A stretch of DNA of 57,781 nucleotides, counting the filler, from Basidioascus undulatus (taxonomy: Eukaryota): NCBI GenBank assembly GCA_000826855.1. It is 4 parts of 4 records of this genome, joined end to end, with 100 filler letters (N's around TTAATTAATTAA, not from the genome) between each part and the next. Parts side by side here need not be neighbours in the genome. Positions count along the whole stretch, not along the records: positions 28,997 to 43,347 come from JTLS01000738.1; positions 43,448 to 57,781 come from JTLS01000739.1; 2 more parts are not named here. One strand, given 5' to 3'. Under the pieces are notes generated by a model, which worked only from the letters and a program-made list of their open reading frames with translations, searched no databases and was not told the DNA's origin. Positions 38,946-51,452 of this stretch are shown piece by piece. Made by a program: the position numbers and the translations under genes. How positions within the stretch are numbered: the stretch's first letter is position 1; each line of letters begins with the position of its first letter.

Positions 38946-41900
38946 TGACTTCCGAGAAGAACTCACTAATTGAACAAGAACATTAATATTTCTCTTGACG
39001 GACATTCGAACACTCTCCTTAGCGCTCTCCATTTGAGCTCTCTCTCTCTTTGCCTGCGCAATGTAGACTACCACCAAACTCCGTAGCGCATACCCATCGA
39101 TATAAAGCTGGCTTACTGATATTAGCTATCGACTCCTACCTCCATAAATTCAAGCTAGCATCGCAAGCTCGAGCTCTTTCAGTTATGAGTTAACGTATGC
39201 AATCCAGCGTATCGAAGTTCAGAAAGCTGGAATTCTTCTTGCATCGGCCGCGACAGATGCATGTTTGCCTCGGAGATACAATATTTGATGCCTTAAAATC
39301 TCCAGCATAGACCTGGGTACCCGCGAAGACAAAGGCTTGGGAAACTTTAGGAAAATGTTCGCTCTCCAGCGGCTGCTCAGTGTAGGACTGACATAATTCC
39401 GTGTTCTTCGCGGCAACGAGTCGCAATCACTGGATGAAATCATTTCGTTCCTGAATTACGTATGGATCTGGAACCGGCAGCTTTCGAGTGGGTAAAAGGA
39501 GAAAACAATGTCGATGGCAAGCCCACAAATACCCAAGCGTGCGGTCGACCTCATTGACCTCTTACAACCCATTGAAGATGGCGTCAAGAACGTCAAGCTT
39601 GACGGGGGTGGTGATCCCAGGAAAATCCACTACCCCAGATCTTCGAATAGCACCTGGCTCCACTAGAAAATGAATAATTCTACTGCCTTCCAGATGCGCC
39701 GGTGCAGGTGCGCAGACACTGGCGAAGTTTCAACTTAAGTCGGTTGACTTCGCAACTCACCACAGGCCCATGCGCAAAGCCATTTCTCAACTTTTCCTAA
39801 CTTTTCCTACAATGTAAACTCGCTGTTCAGATACACTACATAGTGAAGCCCCAACGGGGCACACGACCGCTTCAAGCTGGCCGGCTTGGGCAGTTCCGGA
39901 AGCGTGCCTCCTGAATCCTGCGTCATGCGCTTCATGGACTTGAGAGCAAGGCCTCTAAGTCTTTGGCTCTTGAATGTACTACGGTTTTTCTTTTTCTAGT
40001 GTTGCCATTGCCTTTTCGTCTGAGATCCGCTGTGTCTTGTCAGCACGCGAAGTATCTACAGTGCAGTCTGGCAGTCCCTAAAAAACCGCAACCTGTCCCT
40101 GACGCCGCTCCGCTGTATTGGACGCCGGAGTTTTGAAAGGTATATGGTGCCAATATGGTTCTTGGAAGCACAGCGGCGCCGCGGCATTCTCACATTGGCA
40201 GCCTTCTCGCCCATTGCTGCCCTGCATGTAACATTCGGGGAAGCCGGGACGACTGTGTCCTGCCCCTCCCGCTGAGCCCTCAGTGAGCTTCGACACCTGT
40301 TCATTCATTTTCTGGTATAAGGCCCCTGCAGCGGCATCCTGGCATCCCAGTGTCGCAAAGTGTCGTCGCTGCAGCCAAAACGGGGCACTCCCGGGAGCGC
40401 AGCCCTGGTTCTCCCGTCTGGCGTGCGCTCCAGCGCCCCATGGCCCATGGGAAGCAAAAACAAGCACAAGGTACCCAGACTGGGGATCAACAAGCTTCTT
40501 TGCAGCTGTCTGCACACGGTCCGTAGTTGTAGCTTGATCGGTAGCTTCAATGAAAGACGTCTCGACGCGCCTTCCATCAATCTCTTTGCTAACGGACAGT
40601 GCCGGGCAGCAGCCCTGCATCTTCCGAGAAAATCGGTCCGAATCCCCGAACACGCCTAGAAGCAACGGACTTCGCACGGTGAACGACGAAGGTGTGCTTT
40701 TTGACAGCTCCGCCTTCATATAGAACTGCGCGACATTCTCACGTGTCCTTCCTCGCTGCCGCCACTCACCTCGGGGCGCATCGGGCTGTGTGGGGAAGAA
40801 CCTCACGTGAAGTTACGATATGTGGTGTTCGCGAGCAAGAAATATGCCCTGTGCCAGCGTTTTAGGGCGACGGAGACGTTGGGACGGTGGGCCGGGACAG
40901 GATTATTTTATGCGGCGGCGGACCGGAACCAGGTGGGCGGCGTTGCAGCGGTTGGGGTCCAGCACGAAACTGACGGAACACCACAGCCTGAAAAGGGGAG
41001 GTGTATGGACGAGATAAGATAACAGGCTGCTATCGACCTGTTTAATCTCACAATCGCGCCGGGGACGAAGTGGGCGAGGACCCCGACCAGGGGCAGGCAC
41101 CGATCGACGGACGTTGCTTTGTCAGACGAATGGCATCGAACCATTTCTCGACTTGCTTTTGCAGTCTTTGGTAGATACAGAGGGGAACTTGGGACGTACT
41201 TTGTATGGAAGGTGTAAATGGTGAAAACTTGTCTGCTTCATAGACGAATACCCGCTACCCTCCCTCGAGCTCAATTGCTGCATGCCGCTGCCTGTATCAA
41301 CGCACTGCAACTCCCAAGAATGTCTACCGGCTAGTGCAGTGGGACTTTCCTTTCATGATGCAAAAGCGTTGCAGACGCGTCGGCTAGTCTGAGAAGATCA
41401 AGTCGAACGGCCGTGGTCGCCGTCGACTCCACGAGTCCTCCACCTTCATGCTGGTCCTCACACGAAGACAAGCAAGCATCTCCTTGTCTCCGACTCCGCG
41501 GAAGTCGACAACGCAGCCACATTCCCACTTTCCGGGCGGAGAACCTACGCAGAGAGCCAGCCCCTTACTCGTGGAGGCGAAGCATTTGCAGAGCTCCTTG
41601 GCGCAGAACGTTGCAATTTCACTCTCAAGGCTGAGCTCCGCGGCCGGGCAATTAGGGCAATTGTAAGGTTTGAGGATAAGGCGGTGGGTGCGGCGATAAT
41701 GGCGCGTGGGCTCTAAGTAGCCGGTGTAACTTACATTGTGGGTGATGATTCCTCCACAGTGCTGCTGTGAAAACACCAGCTGGAGCCGTCTTCCTTCAAC
41801 AACGCCTGCTGGCTGGTTGGTCGGAAGGTGTCGCTGGCGGACGGTCCGTTAATCTACGTCCCCGACAGCTGCAGCCCCGGGCATGCGCCATCGTGAGTCC

Positions 41901-42347
41901 GTAATTTCTCGGAACGGGACTCGCACCGAGAATATTTACAGCTTTTTACGGTGATTTAGCGACGAATGGTGGTCGATCGATGACCGAATAGGACTCGTGA
42001 CCCCTTGGCCCTTGCCGCCTCGCACGACAGACGAGCGTTTGGCACCCCACCCTAGCCTCTGCAGTCGTTTGACCTTTCTCTCGCTCGCCCTCTGATCGCT
42101 GCTCCTCGCTCCCTGCCGGCCTTTTTCACTTTCCCCATCATCCTCAACGGTCCAGACGCTGTCGCCAACAGCGAGCACGCGACTCAAATCACCCGGCGTC
42201 CCGGAGCTGCCCCTGCAGATCAATCGGCTCGCCCGGCCCGCTCTCCTTTGGACCATCCGCGTCCACTCATTCCTACCGCGTGGAGACCCAACGAGGAGGA
42301 TACCTCCGGCGACGACGAGGCGAACCCCTTCTTAGTCCCCCTCGGTC

Positions 42348-43347
42348 ATGTTCGCCGATCCATCATCCACGGCGGCAGTCCCGCCAGCATCTCTATCGCA
42401 AGCGAACCATCTCCTCGCGCTCCGCGGCGGCCCCGGTGCCGGTGGGGTCCTTCCTCAACTCTCTCCCCACCACCCCCACTCTCAGCCACATCCCCATGCC
42501 CGTAATCATCAACACCAGCTCCCCCCGCTCTCCCATACCTCCTCCTCCTATAGCCCCCCTCCACCCCAACCGCCTAATTTCCGTCCACGAGCCCCCTCCT
42601 CCGAGTCCACCGAGTCCTCCGTTGCGACTCCGCCGCAGCCCGAGCCCACACCTCCCCCGTCGAAGCGGAAGCGCGGGTCGGCCACGCATGGGGCCAAAAA
42701 GCCCAAGGCGACGCGGGCTTGCCTGAGCTGCCAAAAAGCGCATCTCACTTGTGACGACGGTGAGTCACTTTCCCATCTGGCGGGTTGAGAACGGCGGGGC
42801 GGCATACGGGGCTACTCTGTGCCATGAGGTGAAGCTTGTGCTCTTTACGGGTGAGCTTACCGTGGTTACGGCGTGCAGCTCGACCATGTGCGCGCTGCGT
42901 AAAGCGAGGCATAGGCGACAAGTGCCAGTGCGTGCTTTTCAAGCTCTTCTCCCTGACGGTACTCATCTGAAGACTTCTTTCGCAGGGACGGCACTCGCAA
43001 AAAGCCGAAATACATCCTGGAACCCGAGGAGCTCGGTGCGTCCGCCTACATTCTTTTCCGGCGTTCCAAAGCTTACAACCCAATAGAAGCCCTCAAAGCC
43101 AAGGATGCCGCATCCACCTCCTCCACCTCCGCCCCTTCCGCCCCCGTGCCCGCCGACTCCTTCTCCCCCGTCGACGGTCTCTTCAACCTCACCTTCGACC
43201 CCCTCTACTCGTTCGGCTCCGAAGCGGCCAACCTCGAGTACTCGATCCTCAACTCGATGCTCGGGGCAGGCGAGGACCCCGCCCCGCCCGCTCCACCATC
43301 TGGCGAGCAAACGCAGCAGGTGCTCGGCGCGCCGTGGACGGCAGCGC
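42348..43347 (+). CDS. ERT1: Zn2Cys6 gluconeogenesis activator ERT1/AcuK, partial (cut by the contig end)
   Basis: KATRACLSCQKAHLTCDD|ARPCARCVKRGIGDKCQ|DGTRKKPKYIL and FDPLYSFGSEAANLEYSILNSML, both characteristic of ERT1/AcuK. Confidence 0.88.
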
Positions 43348-43447
43348 NNNNNNNNNNNNNNNNNNNNNNNNNNNNNNNNNNNNNNNNNNNNTTAATTAAT
43401 TAANNNNNNNNNNNNNNNNNNNNNNNNNNNNNNNNNNNNNNNNNNNN
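43348..43447. other. Artificial contig-joining spacer
   Basis: N44 + TTAATTAATTAA + N44. Confidence 0.98.
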
Positions 43448-43808
43448 TGCGTCTTCGGGTCTCTTCGAGGCCAGCCAGCTTCAGCTTCGTTTCGTCTGTA
43501 GCGTACTCTTTACTCTCTAGGGATCTTCCTCAATTTTAATTCATCCACTAAAAGTATTTGGCCCCCCCCGTGAAACTTTACAAGAAGCGAAGCCGGTGCT
43601 GTTCGCGTTTCCGGAGTCAAGACTCGATGTAGGCTGTGCAAACCATTCGGCTCCACATTCCGCACAACTACTACTCGGAGCCATATCTCGCACAACTACT
43701 AACATTCGGATCCACATCCCCCAAAAATAGTAATGCACACCCTATTAGAAGTATTACAAAGTGTTCTCATACTCCATCATCTTCGAAAATGCACGAGAAT
43801 CCATTCGC

Positions 43809-46547
43809 CTACAATCTCGCGCGCTCCACCCACAGATCCTCCTTCCCCTTGTCCACGTCCAGCTTCTCCGCCTCCTCTCTCGGGGTCCGACTGCCAACCT
43901 CGACGTCGTCCACCCGATCGTGCGCCACCGCATCCTTGTTGAGATGCCCATCTGGGGCGCGAGTAGCAAGCGCGTTCGTGGGCAGCTGGCGGACGCGCCA
44001 GCCCGTGCGGCGGCAGGTCGAGATCCACATGCCGGTGGCGTACTGTGAAAGTGTGGGAGAGAGTTTGAAGTTGATAAGTGGGTGAAAGAAGATGAGGGGA
44101 AGGGTGACGCACCATCGTGACTGCCACAAAGCCAATCATGGGCACCAGGTAAGATAGCTGGGTGGAGCGCGCATCCGCAAGAGCGCCCTGAAGAACGATT
44201 CATGTTATCTCTACCAGCTGGTAAACTCCTAAAGAATAATATGAGAGGGCGTACCTGTGCAGGCGGGAAAGCAGCACCGCCCGAAACGCCTAATACTCAC
44301 ATTTCAGCTAAGCGTTCACCCAGGAGCAGCACAGGAACTTTGTACCCATAGCGATAGCCGCCGATCCGATTTTAGCCATAGCTCCCAAGTCTTTGGTTGC
44401 AATGGCGAAGATGACCTATGGAGAAACGAAACTGAATTGAGTGACTGCACCGGGTGAAACGGCCTCGCTCTCCTTACCGGGAAGACACAGCTTTCGACTG
44501 CCCCGCGGCATCGCATGAACATTTCAGTCTGCTCAGTTTCGATGTTATACCGGAAAGACTCACAGTAAAATACAAAGAAGAGGCAGACCATTCCTCCGAC
44601 GCTGCAGGATACACGATGTGAGCCCGGGCTCGCTGGTCGAGGTGCAAACGCCAAGTCGAAAAGTTCACTTACCCTTTCACAGTGGACGCAAGTATAGAAA
44701 AGATAATACATCCCGCCCCGTGCACAAGCAGGACCACGGATGGCTCAAAGTACGACAGGAAAGGTACCGCGATGAACCCTAGTGCGTGTCCAATGTGCGT
44801 CAGCAAAGGAACGACTCAAAAAAACGAAAAAGGCTGAGCAGTGAATACGTACGTCCTACCGTAAAAGCCGTCTGCGAATACGAAAACAGCAGTGAAGCTT
44901 GACTATCCGAAACGGCTGCTCCCGGGAGCTCTGTGTAGTAACTGAAGACGGCAGACGCTCAGTCAGCAAGCTGCGACGAGGGGTGCACCCGACAATATCG
45001 ACGGATACGGACTTGACTGCCAGACTTGCGACCCCGACCTGTGCACCTATGTGACAATTCAAATTGCTCATTCAGTAATGGCCGAACAGTGTCCTAAAGA
45101 GCCCACGAACCTGTGTACATCCACTGGGCGCATGCACCGAAAATCGTGTGGTACCTTCACCGCAGCGTTAGGGACATATGAGGGTTGAAAAGTTCAACTT
45201 CAAAAAACCTTACTGGCGGAAGAAGTTCCTGTAATTTACCTTCTCAACAGCGACCTCCTCGCGAATCTCGGGCAGGTAGCAGAACCAGAAGAGGACCATC
45301 AGTGTAAGGGCCTATATGGGCAAGTGTCAGATTCGGTGCTCGGACGATATGATACAATGAGTGGGTGCCCACGAAGAGCGCCACGGCAAGGTAGACCCAT
45401 TGCACGGTTGTCAGGTCGTTCGAATGCTCGTCGGCGAAGAAGCTGGCAGAGCATTGACTGTCAAGAGACATCGACGATCAAGAATGAACTTGGGTGACCG
45501 CTCACTATCGTGATGCAATGGCTGGAGCCGCAATGGTCCCAACCCCGTTAAACCTGTTTCAAAAAAAATCCGTTAGCGCACATTAGTGATTTGAAGTGAG
45601 CTACGGACGATTGCGACAGCGTCAGGCGCAATGCAGCGAACTTCGGGTTGCCCAACACGCTAACGTAGGAGTTCGCTGCGACTTCCAGCGTGGATAGCCC
45701 ACATCCGGTTACTGGAGACTTAAACTTATCAGAGGACTAAGCGTAACTGCAGGAATCAAAAGCACTCGCCGAACGTGGCCCCCAGAAATCCGCCATAAGA
45801 GGCGAATTTGGCGCAAGGCCAGAAGCAAGCTGCGCCAATTGCGAAGAGGAGAAGCCTTCACCTCATCAGATGTAAGTATCTGTAATTTGGGAAATGCAAT
45901 TCCTATGGAATATACCCTAGGTAGATTCCGGCTGTGAACGTGTGAACGTCAGCATCCATATTGGTGGTCGAGCATGGTAGGGCAGGTCGTCGGGAGTCCG
46001 CTCGTCACCTTTGTAGCCAACTCGCTTCATGAATGTCGCAGAAAAAGGGGAGAAGAGCAGGTAAGAGCCGAAATAAACCACTGCGTTTTATATACAATGA
46101 TTCAGTCAACCACGAGTGAAGGGAGGAGCTTGGACAATCCGGATAAGGTCTCGTAGCACAGGACGTACCTTGAAGCATTGTGCTTTTCAAGCGGGTGATT
46201 TCGAATATGTTCTGCCATCCAATTTTAATCCATAAAATTGTTCCATCTTGAGGTTGGGAAGTGGACCTACTTGAAAGTGTTTACTGCGACGACCGCACCG
46301 TTATCCACCCAGCTCAAGACACAGCCGAAGCAGCACAGATGTTGCTTACTTGAGCACGTCTATCAGCCCATAGGAGAAGCCCCAGAGGAAAAATAGTGAG
46401 GTAACAAGCGCATAGGCTGCACGACACACTTTCAGCCATGGCGATACGCAGGCAGCGGGTGTAAAGCGCACCGAAGAGAAACTGTGACCGCTTGAGCTCA
46501 GCGCCAGTAATGGCGAGCGGGACTGCTGGAGCGGCTCCTCCTGCCAT
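43809..46547 (-). CDS. L-fucose permease-like (FucP/GGP) MFS sugar transporter, very intron-rich
   Basis: Spliced: MAGG..LVTSLFFLWGFSYGLIDVL|NKHFQ|NIFEITRLKSTMLQ|VVYFGSY..VGYK|AGIYLG|..CFWPCAKFASYGGF..|GCGLSTLEVAANSYVSVLGNP..LTLSQ|SFNGVG..VQWVYLAVA..LPEI..GAQVGVAS..FLVPMIGF. Stop at 43809-43811. Not every junction in the 3' half was checked. Confidence 0.9.
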
Positions 46548-47958
46548 GTTATTGATATACGTCGAGGAGGGGGACTTTGAAGAGTGTATGTCAGATCGAA
46601 GAGCAGGGACATGGAAGACGCATCGTATAAGAGAGCTAAAGTGCCGTTTCGATGTGTGGAAGCAGCAAGCCTGGGCAAGAGTCATGTGCCAGGGCGGACT
46701 CGAATCATGACGACACGAAAGCACGATACATGAAGAAACTTGCTGGAGTCTGCCATCAACAAGAAACACTTCAGGGATGGAAGCCGCGGGCAGCTGGCAG
46801 AAGCAACCAGAGGTTGACAGTAGCTACCAAGCAAGCACGCCGCGGAGGTGCACACGTGAGCTGTTTCCGATAACTCGCAACTCCCTGCCGCCGGGCTCAT
46901 GGCGGGGTTACCTGTCACATGGTCAACGCCGGTAAAAAGAGCTTCATGATCTTAAGTCCAGAAAAGGAAAGTACAGCCGAAGGTCAGGATGTGCGGCATC
47001 ATTCCACCGAGTTGACGAGGTGTTCAACCGTCGCTGCATCTTTGTACCGAGAATCAACCCTGCCGGTCAAACTGATCATTTCTCAGGATCGTTTGCTTGT
47101 TCATATACAAGAAGTCTCTTAGGTAATGTTCGACGAAGAAAGGGAACAACTATTATCAAAGCTCGAGCCTGAGGGAACACACTTGGAGTGGCCTTCCACT
47201 TCCCGAAAGCGCCGTCAAAGTGTAGCGGATTCGCTTGGGATTGGAAGGCTGTGGCCCGGGTACTGAACAGCGGATGACTCAAGGATAGCCACTGTATACT
47301 TTCAGGTGAAAAGGGTGTGGAAGAAAGCGAAACAGCTGTTGTATGCAAGCGGCGCAGTCAGTTCTGTGCGACTGGAATCCTCACCATTCAGGCTGTTGGG
47401 TTACAGTCTGCATTGACGGTGCGCTAGCTTATTTGAAAGATTGCTATTACAGGGATTATCGGTTAGAATGAGTACAAGCCTTGCTGCAGCCTGCTTAGAT
47501 GTCTTTGAGTCAACCAGTTGCTGTGGCAATCTTCGGCAGTGGGTTTGTAGACAGCGCAAATCCGAATATTGCTACATATGTCGAGAGGTCTGGATAGCTG
47601 TGAAAATTTGCTGTTCGCACTATTCCCCCCTAAGCTTTCCTCAGCACAGGCGGCCAAGGGAAGACCTTGACAGACACTACATTTTCCTTCCTGCAATCGT
47701 TCGGCACTCGAGGACTCCGCTTGTTTGCAACTTCCGTACTTCGAGGGGCGAGTCCGCCAGTGTCAGTGCCTCTTGGCAAAGGGGTCGCCCCCGGACTTGC
47801 CACACGGAAGTCAGATGCAGCATGGTACGGATGGCTGTTTGCAAGGGAACGCCTGGTAGTCTGCAAAGTGTACGCCTCCTCGACAGGCCCTTCCGGTTTT
47901 GCAGACAACAGTGCCGCCTCCTGCAACCGCCGCAGCGCCCGCCCTCCCTCTCCTCGAG

Positions 47959-47966
47959 TATATAAA
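47959..47966 (+). promoter_or_regulatory. TATA box upstream of the secreted repeat-precursor gene
   Basis: TATATAAA about 150 bp upstream of ATG 48115, followed by a CT/CA-rich leader. Confidence 0.6.
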
Positions 47967-48114
47967 GCCCAGGCCTCTGCTGTCACTTTTCCCTCAGCGG
48001 ACTACTCCTCTCACCCATTCACAGCTTATTCATTCAACTCAGCCCTGGTGGCCCCTTTACACCTTCACACTCGCTCTACACCACACACATACACATCCAT
48101 CTCGCACAAGCATC

Positions 48115-49413
48115 ATGTTCACTACTACCACTGCCTCCGTCGTTCTCGTCCTCCTCTCGTCCGCCTCCATCGACGCCGCCCGTGTTCCTGCTCGGGCTCT
48201 GCGTGCCCGCGGCGACACCAACATCGCCAACTCCGTCAACACGAACCTGGAGTGAGCTTTCTGTCCAAATGTCACTGTTGAAACTGCTCGCTGACCGACC
48301 CTGTTCGGTCTGGCTCAAAGTGTCGATATCGAGCAGTACGACTCCAAGCACTACCGCCGCTCCCCCGACAATGGCCCGATCAACATCGGCAATCATGTGG
48401 ACGTCGACTTCGATGTCAGTCACTGATTCACTCGATAACGGTACTGCGGCTGACCCTCAGTCTCTCTACGCACTCGCAGGCCGACATCAGCAACTACAGC
48501 CACGACTCGCACAAGTGGAACCGCCGCGGCCATGGCCCTATCAATATCGGCAACGAAGTGAACGGCAAGTCTCTCTGCATTCCGACATCGCATGCTGGCA
48601 CGGACTGACCAGATCTCTCCCTGCGCTCATAGTCGACTTCGAGGCCGACATTAGCGACTGGTCCAACTCGCATAGCTACTGCAAGCGTGACGACGACGAT
48701 GACGGCGATGTAAACATCAGCAACGAGGTCAACACGAATGTCAGGGCCGACATCGAGCGCTATGAGAACAAGTCGCATGGCGGTCACTGTCGCCGGCGTC
48801 GCGACACTGGCGAGCGTGAGGACTCGAAGGGCAAAGGTCAGCAAACTCCCTAAGCGACTATCAATAACTGGGGCTGAATTTCCCCGTAAACCCGTTCAGT
48901 TGACAAGCCGAAGCGCGAGGATAAGGAGAAGTCGGGTGACAAGAAGTCGGACAAGGAGTCTAAATCGGAGGGCAAGAAGTCCGACAAGCGGTCTGAAGAC
49001 AGGGAACAGTCGGAGTACAAGAAGTCGGACGAGAAGTTCGAAGACAAGTTGTACAAGAAGTCTGAAGAGAATAATAAGTCCGACAAGCGGTCTGAGGACG
49101 AGGAGAAGTCGCAGTTCAAGAAGAAGTCGGGCGAGAAGGAGAAGTCCCGCAACGAGAAGTCGGAGGCCAAAGGTGATTGCTTTTCACTCCTGTCGACTCC
49201 CCATAGTCCCAAGACTGACAAACCGGTGGTACTACAGACGAGAAGAAGAAGAAGTCCAAGCACTACCCTCGCGGCGATGTGAACATCGCCAACAAGGTCA
49301 ACACGAACCTGGATGGTCAGTACCACCTTCTCCAAATCACACAGTCGTTGACCCAAGCTGAACGCCTCAACCACACAGTTGACCTCGAGGAGTACAAGGA
49401 CAGCAAGTACTGA
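48115..49413 (+). CDS. Secreted Kex2-processed repeat protein (KEP)-like precursor, 301 aa, 7 exons
   Basis: Exons 48115-48251, 48321-48414, 48480-48564, 48633-48836, 48900-49172, 49238-49315 and 49379-49413 total 906 nt in one open frame (intron 3 is GC-AG). The product has a hydrophobic signal-like N-terminus and five GxxNIxNxV(N/D)x(N/D)xxxD(I/L)xx(Y/W) repeats bounded by RAR, RR, RR, KR, RRRR and PR. A K/E/D/S block lies before the last repeat. Confidence 0.85.
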
Positions 49414-49872
49414 GCGGTGCTGTCGGCGCGAGCCCGCCGCAGTGTGTGAGATGAGCGTGAATCGTGTAGATGTCTTGTTTTATTTTGTTATAGCTACCTA
49501 CCTGGCGCCGGTCGCCACTTTAGCATGTTTAAGAAATTATGATATATGTTCGCTATTGTCCACGGAGATCAGAGTGGTGTTCCCTACGCATAGTCAGTGC
49601 CTTTTTGAGTCAGCGAAAAATCCTACTGGAGCTTGCAGTGTCGGAATGCTGGCACTCGGAAGTCTGGATTGCTGTCGAATGAGAATCGGCGGTGATGACA
49701 ACAGCAATGCGTTCTGCTGTTGCTAGGCGATCAAGGGAGACGGCGAAATGATCAAGGCCTTTCGGAAGACGAGCGAGACACATCGTGCAGAACGGGATAA
49801 ATGAATGCAAGACGTTGAAGACCTCCAGCAGAAGGACGTTGAACAACAATCCGGATTGTGTTCCGACAGGCC

Positions 49873-51452
49873 TCACCCACTCCCACTCTCCCTCCTGCTC
49901 CCCGCACTGACCCGCCTCCCCCTTCTCCGTCTCTCCACCTCATTCTCCATCTCCTCCACGACGCTCCGCAGCCCATTCGCCTCCCAGCGCCCGTACACCC
50001 ACCCAACATACAAGAACGTCGTGCCGCCCCAGCCGGCAGCGATGCCGGCCAAAACGAGGATGGGCGCGAAGTACGCCGAGGGCAGGAAGGCGGAGGCGAC
50101 GATGAGCGCGAGCGCGAGTGCGAGGAGGAGGAGGAAGAAGAGGAGGTGCGTGCGTTGGAGCGAGATGGAATGCGCATAGTAGGTCGTGAGTGCCCGCAGC
50201 GCCGCGGGGAGCGGCGGCGCGTGCGACGATGTAGAATGGGCGGGTGCGGAAGGGGTGATAGCAAATGTGGTGGACACCCCAAAGTGATCGGAATACGAGA
50301 AGTCCTGCCCCGGCACGCGCTCAGTGAAGACCACCTCGGCGTGCTGCGGCGCGAGGCTCGCGCGCGGGGGCGCGCGCTCGGCCGCCGGCCCGCGAAAGAG
50401 AACGTAGTCGAGGCGCTTCCCGCCCGCAAGGTGGACAGCGTCCGAGAAGAGCTTGTGCGCGTGGAAGCTGTTCAGCGCGTTGTCCGCCGTGATCCCGTCC
50501 CGCGCGACTGCCTCGTGCGGGTTTTGCGGCGGGTGCGCGGAGGGCGGGTGCAGGACCGGCCAGACGTCGGTGAGAGAGGCGTGCGTGAGGAGGAGCTGGA
50601 GAGTGAGGGAGGAGGGGAGAGTGTTGACGTCGCCTGTCTGGATGTGGAGGACTCTCAGCTAGGGGGGAGAACAAGAAGGAGCGTGAGCATTCGACGCACT
50701 ACGATGACATGCCGCCCGCGTTCGGACGAGCCGCGAACAAGGTTTCCGAGCTCCCAGGCTTGCGCCAGTCGATGGGCATAGCGGCATTGCTCGTCATGCT
50801 CATCATACGCGGCGTGAAACTGCCGCATACCCAACCTTCAGCCGGCCCTTCCTTTCCCGAAGTGCAAGACTGAAGGCTCACATGCGTATTGAACACCTCG
50901 ACATCTCCCAGACCTGACACATACAGCACCACGCTCCCTGCGCCTTTCCCAGCGAAGAAATCGCCCTTGGCCACCTCCAGAGGTGGGCCGTTCAGCCGGT
51001 ACGGGAGGAAGGAAGACGACTGGATGGCGTGTCGGGAGAAGACGCAGAGGCCCGAGCCGACGGCGCCGCTGTTCGCCCACCAAGCTCAGCACAAAAAATA
51101 GCTAATTACGAGTGATAACAAAGAATCGGGGACGCACGAGAAGAAGTACTTCGAATAGGGGAACGAGTCTGCGATGGTATCGCGGATCGCTACGAAGTCA
51201 TCATAGACCCAGACCTCCTGAAGGCACACGACATCGTGCGGGGTGCCTGCGAGGGCAGCGGCTATGGCGCGCACGCGGATGGGTCGAAACTTGGATACGT
51301 GCTTGAGTCCCCTGCGTAGAGATATAACATTGAGCGGGCAGTTCAGGCCGAGTTGGTCGCGGACGGCTGGATACGGACCAGATGTTGAGCGTCAGGACTC
51401 GCAACGAGAGGCTTTGCCCCGGCGACGTCGGAGAGAGCGGTATGTCGGCCAT
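49873..51452 (-). CDS. ISC1: Inositol phosphosphingolipid phospholipase C / neutral sphingomyelinase
   Basis: LRVLTLNIW|GLKHVSK..DVVCLQEVWV..GSGLCVFSRHAI..YRLNGPP..GDFFAGKG..VFNTH..HRLAQAWE..GDVN..GKRLDYVL..YSDHFGV, with two C-terminal hydrophobic helices. Confidence 0.93.

Noticed and set aside
40078..40806. 242-aa minus-strand ORF as a gene or transposase
   Set aside because: Non-ATG start, no recognisable domain, no terminal repeats, and codon usage unlike the real genes.
14407..43447. TTAATTAATTAA recurring about every 14.4 kb as a biological periodic repeat or array
   Set aside because: Each copy sits inside fixed N44 runs and gives stops in all six frames, so it is an assembly linker.
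48115..49413. Repeat precursor as a dikaritin RiPP or a mating pheromone precursor
   Set aside because: No DUF3328 or tyrosinase tailoring genes on the contig and no CAAX motif. The cores are long and divergent rather than short and near-identical. Not excluded, but unsupported.
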